In this document: piece by piece, positions 39,401-43,679 of the stretch
How the letters are laid out: each line of letters begins with the position of its first letter
How positions within the stretch are numbered: position 1 is the stretch's first letter
Source of the DNA: a virus
Taxonomy: Duplodnaviria > Caudoviricetes
IMG/VR virus record: IMGVR_UViG_3300034082_001076
Location: 1 to 43,679 of that record
DNA length: 43,679 nucleotides
Strand: one strand, 5' to 3'
Notes under the pieces: model-generated
Told to the model about the DNA's origin: nothing
Databases searched by the model: none
The model's input: the letters and a program-made list of their open reading frames with translations, nothing else
Position numbers and translations under genes: made by a program

Positions 39401-42400
39401 TAACAGCAGGAGATTACGTAAAAGTATTGAATAACGGCGCTGGTCGATACATAATCCTTAGAAAAACAGCATTAGGTGTACATGGTACATATGACCTTAA
39501 TTTTGATATAATATATAGTGAAAAAGGTACAGTATACATTAAAGATTCTATATGGAAATTAGTAGATTCTCAATTAGGATGGGATCAACTTTCACCGTAT
39601 GACAACAATTTCTGGGATCAATCAGCTAATACAGAATTAAAAAATATTATACTTTCTTTAAGAGATGATATTTTTATTGGCAACTTAAAAGTATATTGGA
39701 ATACATCTTTCTTTGCTGCGGTAAAATATGCACTAACTGAACAAAAATTCTTAGATTGGGCATTCAAAACTAGTTTTATTTCTGTACATAATAAAGCCGG
39801 AGAATTAACTCAACGGTCGGTTTATAAATTTCAAGATGCACAGTGGTACGAAGATTATTTGAATGAAATTAAACCATATCATACAAAGATTAGAAATTAC
39901 TATCTTGCATATGATGTAACAGAACCTACTAACACATACACTACAGACTTTGATTTGCCAGTTGTGTATGATAGCGGGACTGATTCTTTTATTACTCTAT
40001 CAGAAAATGAACCATTGGCGCAAACCACATATCCCTATAAAGGATGGTACGATAATAGAACATTAGTAGTTGGTTCAATTGTCGTAGACAACGGTGGTAC
40101 TGGTTATATTGAAAATCCAATAGTACAAATTATTCCGGCGCCCGGAGATAATGTTATTAGACATGCAACTGCGGAAGCTGTGCTTTCCTCGGGACAGATT
40201 GATAGATTTGAGATTATAGATTCTGGAGAAGGATATACATTAAATCCTACGGTATTAATTACTGGCGGCGGCAAAACTCCTACAGATACTATAGCAAGAG
40301 CTTCTGCACATTTAGTAAACGGAAAAGTTAGATCAAATCTAATAGGAATGAAGTTTGATAGGATTTCTAAATCTAGATTAGTTACAACCAAATATTTTAC
40401 TGATGATTTTGTAGGAGACGGAGTAACTAATCAATTTGATTTATCTTGGCCATCTCATCCAGATAAAACAGAAATTGTATTAAAAATAAACGGAGTACCG
40501 GTTGCATCATCATCGTACGAAATTGAAGACTATACAAATAATGCCAATGGTTATACACAACAATACACTAGATTAATCTTATCTAATGTGCCAACAGCCG
40601 CTGCAAGTATTCGTATTACATATCTAAAGAGTATAGACATTTATTCTGCGTATGATAGAATTGCAAACTACTACAACACCGTGCCGCTAGATTCGCCTGG
40701 TGCAAATCCTGCTGAAAATTATGCTCAATTAATGGCAGGCATGGAATATCCTGGAACTGAGATTATTTCTCAAGATTTATGGTATGATTTTACATGGGAT
40801 TCTAGTCCATACAGTTCATTGCCATGGGATAAACAAAGTTTTGACACAACTGATTTAGATACAATTATTGATGGAGGTACTGTATTAACTACCGGAACTA
40901 CTAAAGTATTTTCTACAGCAGCTGGCATTAATCCAGAAGATATTATTTTAGACGGTGATACATTTATTTCTCCTATAAGAAGTTATGCTCCTGAAGAAAT
41001 GATTCCGGGAGAGTTAAGAGAATCTATTGGAATTAGTGTATTCAATAGGAGTGTTTCTGGTAGTGCAACGATCTACAATCAATTACAAAACTCAATTGCT
41101 GGAGTTAATACAGTTATTAATTTAAGTGTATTATCTCCTTCTGTTGGGTCTATTTCAGTAACTCGTGATAATAAACTATTAATTAACGGTATTGATTACG
41201 AAATTGACTTTGCAACTAGAAGTATAACAGTTTATGCAACTCCTGTCTCTGATACAATTGCAGTTGTTTGTATGGATGTTGGCGGTACTGGATTTATTAG
41301 TCTAAATTCTAATGTTACAGAAGGATCGACAATTGGAGCAGTACTTGGCGATTGCCAATATTCACAAGTTAAGAGTATGTATGTAACATTAAACGGTCAA
41401 AGAATTTATACAAGTGGTACTTTCCTTGCTCAACAAGTCTATTACACATTTGGCGAATCTAATCCAGGAGTTGATGGTAGAGCTAAAGTTACAGTGTACG
41501 GATTAGGTACTGACGGAAAGAATACAATTACCGCAGCATTTTTTACATCTGTTTTCAAAGGATTTAGTGAAGTATTCGAACAGCGATACTTTAATGTAAA
41601 AGAAGATGACAGAGTTATTACATTAACTCAACCACCTGGCACACTAGGTCCAGCATCTGCTAACTCTATTGTAGAATTTAATAAGAAAAGATTAGTTCCT
41701 CCTAATACAACTTATTATGAAATTATTAATGTAAATCAAACTACCTTCTTAATAAGTTCTAAAGAAGTGTATCCTCCAAATTCTTTTGACAAGACAAGAA
41801 TTGAAGTGTACATAAATGGTAAACAAATTATTCCTACAGATTATTATCTAGATGATATTAATAATAGTATTATATTTGAAGCTGACACTTTTGCAATCGG
41901 AGATGTAGTAGCTATCACTGCATTAATAGATTACGATTACTTAATTAGAGGTACTGATTTAATAATTAATGGTAGAGTTTCCTTACCATCAGAAAACTAT
42001 CTAAGAATTTTAACATTTACAAATCACGATGCTGCATTAATTAGGACTGAAGTTTATAACGCAAGTTCTACAAGAATGTACAAGATATCTAGAAAAATAC
42101 TAAACGATAATTTAGTATGGGTTTCCATAGGAGACAATACATTACTTGGCGGAATTGATTTTGAAGTGTTAGGAGATGGAATGACAATTATAGTTGATCA
42201 ATCTATTCCGTTTAATGCTGAAGACCAAGTTATTATTACTAGTTTTGCTCAAAGCACTGCCGGTAAGACGGTTGGTTGGAAAATTTTCAGAGATATGATC
42301 GGACGAACACACTTCAAGCGATTGAGCAATACTGATACTACCTATTTGATTGCACCGTTAGGTCTTACTGATACAGAAATACACGTAGAGAATGGTGGTG

Positions 42401-43104
42401 TATTACCCAATGCAGATAGTAAATCTAATAGTCCTGGTATTATCTTTATTGCAGGTGAGCGCATCGAGTATCTTGAAAAGAATGGAAATATCTTATCTCG
42501 TATTAAGCGAGCTACTATGGGTACTGGTGCAAAAGAACATTATATGATAGGAACTTGGGTATTTGATCAAGGCAAACAACAGACTATTCCTTATCAAGAA
42601 AGTGTAGTAATTGAGTCGACAGTGACCACAATATCAACATCTTCTGTTACTATAGAATTAGATACAAATAAATTTGTATTTAGAGATAATGTTAGCTTAC
42701 ACGATCAAGTAGAAGTTTACTACGGTGGCCGCTTGTTAGAAAAACCTACAAAAGTAGGAGTTGATGTGTTAATTCACGATGCAGCATCGTATTATAATCC
42801 TATAAATATGACTGTAAAAGTTCCAGAATTTACTATTACTGGGTCGATTACAACTGCAACACTTACTATTACTACTGCTACACTTGCAAGCGTTGAAATT
42901 AAAATTGTTCAACGTACTGGAAAAATGTGGTCTACTTTCTCAGGAAAACCAATGTTTGAACAGTTTACACCGCAAGCTGCATTTATTAATAAGAAGGAAG
43001 CAATTTCGCCAGATCAATTATACTATGGTGGTGACCCAGTATTGCGATTTGATGATGGAAGTGCTCTACTATTAGATGATGGAAGAGAAATTAAGGGTTA
43101 TTAA
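30460..43104 (+). CDS. Giant baseplate/virion structural protein (gp7 position), 4214 aa, multi-domain
   Basis: Single open frame coupled to gp6 (TAATG). Contains FG-GAP-like propeller repeats, CBM-like W-x4-Y-x2-G repeats, GxGY repeats and beta-rich C-terminal modules. Confidence 0.8.
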   Translation: MANNIRKSVDLLPAYFRTEKNNKFLSSTLDQFMSVPQLNRVDAFVGSKNTPNYSSDDRYVEETNLLRQSYQLEPALIVKTLTQEIKKAFALDDLLNQIDSHNGHSSNLDRLLHPQFYSYDPKIDWDKFINFREYFWLPTGPDSVSISGDRKASQVEYNVTDASDGIQFFFNNSTTSQQLILYRGTTYVFNIKSIHNFYIKYTNTADSDNMFDMGITGNGTNNGQIVVTITGQTPEYLFYTSDDDQLATGPIFVKDPEFNSSIDVEADIIGKKYYTSATGVEFINGLKIKFIGTVFPEFYRDAEFIVNGVGKSINLIKFNDLATPDVIADLYNTRFDGTNFDQFPFDNFSNIPLVPEYVTISKASKDLNPWTRYNRWFHSDVIRTAAAANGTVAVYPAEYRATRPIVEFLPNMQLFDFGTTAIPNVDLIDTVTTNAFLKIENQFGFYIDGILLEEGFRVIFTADVDPLVRGKIFRVHFSLVGTNTKIDLILEDDQTVDGSCALVKQGLEHGGTSWWYNGTIWNKGQQRSTRNQAPLFDLFDDTGANYSDSNYTTDFAGNKIFGYGIGTGANDPILGFPLLYRNIGVEGTYLFKNYFATEEFLLVKNNITGYTPTASTYFKIDGVLTNVWVETADYSIPLIDGVYDVPLNLSNNPLNDPISDFTLTELSNHVNSMVDRDPNFVGVFPGVSNLKDLPEVSKYGTKLISNLNSLAFAQHFISDEENSIISAIRLVGENYYQFKLNLIKTISSVDQTLSPVDALDAALQILNQNKTTTFPYYYSDMMPHGSGAVIRNYTVTDSRNKKYSIPADFNLTQLSTTGTLVYLNGQQLLVNADYVFDSYDTNVEILTPLERNDVVTVKYYSNTTGSFIPPTPTKLGLYPKFEPVVFEDNTYALDARQVLQGHDGSITILFDDYRDNILLEFERRIFNNIKVDYRQDLFDVNSVLPGIFRDQEYTYSEILDPVHRDLLKWKTTYSVETDDNLTFDISLPRTFNYSSVTTNGISLPGNWRAIFKMYFDTDRPHITPWEMLGFSVMPVWWEDQYGPAPYTSGNTLLWEDIQAGRIRQGTRAGIDPIYIRQGLLNILPVDENGNLVDIRTWGPLGAASYLDTADQPWKFGDSGPGETAWRRGSYWPFAVQIIMAILKPAAYSALMFDTSRLVKNVIGQYVYSEDNLFLNQSRVLLPYEKVNNVVTFTAGYSVFAIEAGQIRNSKYLSFLKEELQNSTFNLMHKVGGFVSKDKLEIVIDSVNPNSVNPGILLPVEDYNIHFNVSNPVKVVNISGFIIQKLQGKFILRGYDKVKPYFTILPAIHEKSDTYITVGGKSEDYSVWSINVYYPIGQVILYENSFYRVTNNHNSGTTFNSLNYSVLTELPIINATVVAYPAAFDSNTINVPYTTSYTSIQEVADVMAGYGRWLETQGFEFDEYGNDIGETLNWKFAIKEFAYWSSQNWADNSVIAISPFANSIKFTFQDSVVDDIFSSFYDYTLLKADGLSFPFADLIISRTDGQCTITSKNDQEGIFFASLRLVQKEHALILNNTSRFNDVIYDIDTGYRQRRIRLVGFKTANWNGDYFSPGFVYDAAVIKTWKSYEDYVAGDIVEYTGSYYSLDRNLPGKESFDFTDWNKLGAKPVAQLIPNFEYKLNQFEDFYSLEIDNFDISQQELAQHLTGYSSRLYLSNMFVNHTAQYKFFQGFIKEKGTRNALDKLAKASVHNLQGQIDFNEEWAFRIGAFGAYASLQELEFPLSESKFVDNSQLIKFVSEIPVIEYDSTLYVTSELLSIKPLDYNVDTTFFTKDALFDLKPFLLPVAGYVRLEDVDYTVKSKQDLLNFIPGKTVNQGDTFWVAFDNNNDWGVYRYTRMPSAIIGVTDNIAGESITFTTNAYHGLTVGDIIAVTRFADEVNGIYIISEINRLNEIVVKTTVTAPTSTNDFGVLFKFVSSRFEKFDDLVDTKYVADIFPGRKIWVDSNVTGQWEVYEKINNYTPSILTNRILSDGSFYGEVIISKENSNFLVVSAPRLTDDNGSGQIFMYTNTGGTLKLINSYPLNRGLNQYYENGGQPAAKFGFGLDFDAVDGIIIAGAPYASNVNADASGSTRYVQSINAGIGNINDGMIVISTLNVAGNAELRHVMLACQEPANNLEFGYSTFIASTASQKIALVGAPGHTNSTGAVFSYDVAYIKSFDNLSIEVNATATSQIKLPSPGISTGARFGDVIAGDLVGKRIAVSAPGYSNGKGAVYVYENTGTTSDYTFVQSLLWNDASLNSAISSDGQFGYDIDMDDSGKYLFVSAFNAYDSVLQRGKVVIYEWTGTQYTATQVIDNPSTTNGLKFGFSIESDSSGNILTVTSQGPNYFASASFDEYSTTFDSESTRLGTLVEDSGSAYVYNRYEEKFIFASELYNSSVLPNSSYGYSTSVSRETVYVSSPRHISTGTLRTGAIHIWQANDPASNSWNLVRQQTELVDVEKIKQVKTINVYEDTVIDYLEIYDPIKGKIPQVADQEIRFKTFFDPAVYNTGTNTSATIDVSTSWSSEHVGELWWDLSAVKYTWYEQGDVEFRKNTWGSVFPGCSIDIYEWVKSDFLPEQWAIDADTTAGLAANISGTPRYVDNSAYVVEQTYSSIMDTFVNVYYFWVRNTVVVPVRQGRQLSAFDVAGLIENPKLFGLKYIEPLSSNSVSVVNVKGSLINERISLNIQVDDIDNETNKHTEWLLLEENNKHSLPTPSLEKKLIDSLLGQDSLGNVVPDPMLSDRQKYGIGIRPRQSMFKDRFSALRNFIEYVNNVFANNLITDFCNLDRLNSKEAIPDTALAEYDVVVGDISQRNEINISKVKLASVSCTVEHGRIASVKILDPGFGYGKLNPLTFDDLGVALTWRGPAVEVFNDQNNSKLESIIDELGRIINVQIVNSGSGYEATPEIFVRPYTVIVSSDENSRGRWAKYILSDSGWSKIQTQSFDTTLYWDLIDWVSAEFNQYHRLTAIVGQRAELDELYLTAGDYVKVLNNGAGRYIILRKTALGVHGTYDLNFDIIYSEKGTVYIKDSIWKLVDSQLGWDQLSPYDNNFWDQSANTELKNIILSLRDDIFIGNLKVYWNTSFFAAVKYALTEQKFLDWAFKTSFISVHNKAGELTQRSVYKFQDAQWYEDYLNEIKPYHTKIRNYYLAYDVTEPTNTYTTDFDLPVVYDSGTDSFITLSENEPLAQTTYPYKGWYDNRTLVVGSIVVDNGGTGYIENPIVQIIPAPGDNVIRHATAEAVLSSGQIDRFEIIDSGEGYTLNPTVLITGGGKTPTDTIARASAHLVNGKVRSNLIGMKFDRISKSRLVTTKYFTDDFVGDGVTNQFDLSWPSHPDKTEIVLKINGVPVASSSYEIEDYTNNANGYTQQYTRLILSNVPTAAASIRITYLKSIDIYSAYDRIANYYNTVPLDSPGANPAENYAQLMAGMEYPGTEIISQDLWYDFTWDSSPYSSLPWDKQSFDTTDLDTIIDGGTVLTTGTTKVFSTAAGINPEDIILDGDTFISPIRSYAPEEMIPGELRESIGISVFNRSVSGSATIYNQLQNSIAGVNTVINLSVLSPSVGSISVTRDNKLLINGIDYEIDFATRSITVYATPVSDTIAVVCMDVGGTGFISLNSNVTEGSTIGAVLGDCQYSQVKSMYVTLNGQRIYTSGTFLAQQVYYTFGESNPGVDGRAKVTVYGLGTDGKNTITAAFFTSVFKGFSEVFEQRYFNVKEDDRVITLTQPPGTLGPASANSIVEFNKKRLVPPNTTYYEIINVNQTTFLISSKEVYPPNSFDKTRIEVYINGKQIIPTDYYLDDINNSIIFEADTFAIGDVVAITALIDYDYLIRGTDLIINGRVSLPSENYLRILTFTNHDAALIRTEVYNASSTRMYKISRKILNDNLVWVSIGDNTLLGGIDFEVLGDGMTIIVDQSIPFNAEDQVIITSFAQSTAGKTVGWKIFRDMIGRTHFKRLSNTDTTYLIAPLGLTDTEIHVENGGVLPNADSKSNSPGIIFIAGERIEYLEKNGNILSRIKRATMGTGAKEHYMIGTWVFDQGKQQTIPYQESVVIESTVTTISTSSVTIELDTNKFVFRDNVSLHDQVEVYYGGRLLEKPTKVGVDVLIHDAASYYNPINMTVKVPEFTITGSITTATLTITTATLASVEIKIVQRTGKMWSTFSGKPMFEQFTPQAAFINKKEAISPDQLYYGGDPVLRFDDGSALLLDDGREIKGY

Positions 43105-43118
43105 AGAGAATACGCAAC

Positions 43119-43679
43119 ATGACAACAATATCGAATCTACCAAGAGTTAGTAGTTTAAGTGACCAGACACTATTCATAGTTACTGAAAACGGAGTAAGTA
43201 AAGTTGTGACCTGGGCATTTATTAGGTCAACTTCAACTGGATATCTAGGCTCTCGTGGCTCTACTGGTTTCCAAGGTTCATTGGGATTTGTTGGTAGTAG
43301 GGGAGCAGGCTTTGCTGGCAGTCAAGGACCAATTGGTCCACGTGGCCCTACTGGAGGATATTCTGGTAGCGCCGGCGCTCTAGGTTTCCGTGGTAGTGTT
43401 GGAATTGGATTTGTTGGCAGTCAAGGTATAGGCGATACTGGATATGTTGGATCAGACGGATACGCTGGCAGCATCGGAAGTCCAGGATTTACTGGCAGTA
43501 TAGGCACTGGATTTGCAGGTAGTCAGGGGCTTCCTGGCATTCCGGGAGGATATACTGGTAGCGGTGGCATTAGTGGATTTATAGGTAGTCAGGGGCTTCC
43601 TGGTAATCCAGGAGGATACACTGGTAGCGGAGGCCAAGGGCCTCTTGGATTTGCAGGAAGCGTAGGCGTGGGCTTTACT
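43119..43679 (+). CDS. Collagen-like / GFxGS-repeat fibre protein (truncated by window end; absent from the ORF track)
   Basis: Manual translation MTTISNLPRVSSLSDQTLFIVTENGVSKVVTW... followed by continuous G-x-x / GFxGS repeats, open to the end. Confidence 0.85.
   Translation, partial: MTTISNLPRVSSLSDQTLFIVTENGVSKVVTWAFIRSTSTGYLGSRGSTGFQGSLGFVGSRGAGFAGSQGPIGPRGPTGGYSGSAGALGFRGSVGIGFVGSQGIGDTGYVGSDGYAGSIGSPGFTGSIGTGFAGSQGLPGIPGGYTGSGGISGFIGSQGLPGNPGGYTGSGGQGPLGFAGSVGVGFT
43517..43630 (+). repeat. 66-bp-period intragenic duplication
   Basis: aggtagtcaggggcttcctgg...ggaggata(t/c)actggtagcgg at 43517 and 43583. Confidence 0.8.

Noticed and set aside
21181-43637. Short ORFs nested in baseplate genes, and 43452-43637
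   Set aside because: Shadow frames of long baseplate and fibre genes with no independent support.
1-43679. Stop-codon reassignment or a diversity-generating retroelement
   Set aside because: Long genes are intact in the standard code and TAA, TAG and TGA all terminate genes; no reverse transcriptase or template/variable repeat pair was noticed.

Overview
Head, tail and baseplate region of a large AT-rich T4-like (myovirus) phage using the standard genetic code. The minus strand carries tail-fibre/virion genes (1-5654), the head module (major capsid gp23, scaffold gp22, protease gp21, an acidic core protein, portal gp20), a tape-measure-like gene, and a host-sigma70-driven cluster (gp55-like late sigma, gp47/gp46 Mre11/Rad50, an Hc1-like basic protein, a short GIY-YIG nuclease). 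The plus strand carries baseplate genes (gp26-, gp51-, gp48/54-, gp53-, hub-, gp5-, gp25- and gp6-like), a 4214-aa giant structural protein and a truncated collagen-like fibre. T4-type late promoters (TATAAATA/TAAATA) precede most structural genes. The most notable unexplained element is a ~440-nt non-coding tract (15921-16359) directly downstream of the minimal GIY-YIG gene. It folds by eye into about ten helices plus two candidate pseudoknots, suggesting a large structured RNA possibly paired with the nuclease. Other points of interest: two structured late 5' leaders, three apparently leaderless late genes (TAAATA-N5-ATG), a ~140-aa insertion in the late sigma factor and a phycobiliprotein-like motif in a virion protein. 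All calls come from reading the sequence; no searches or folding programs were run.
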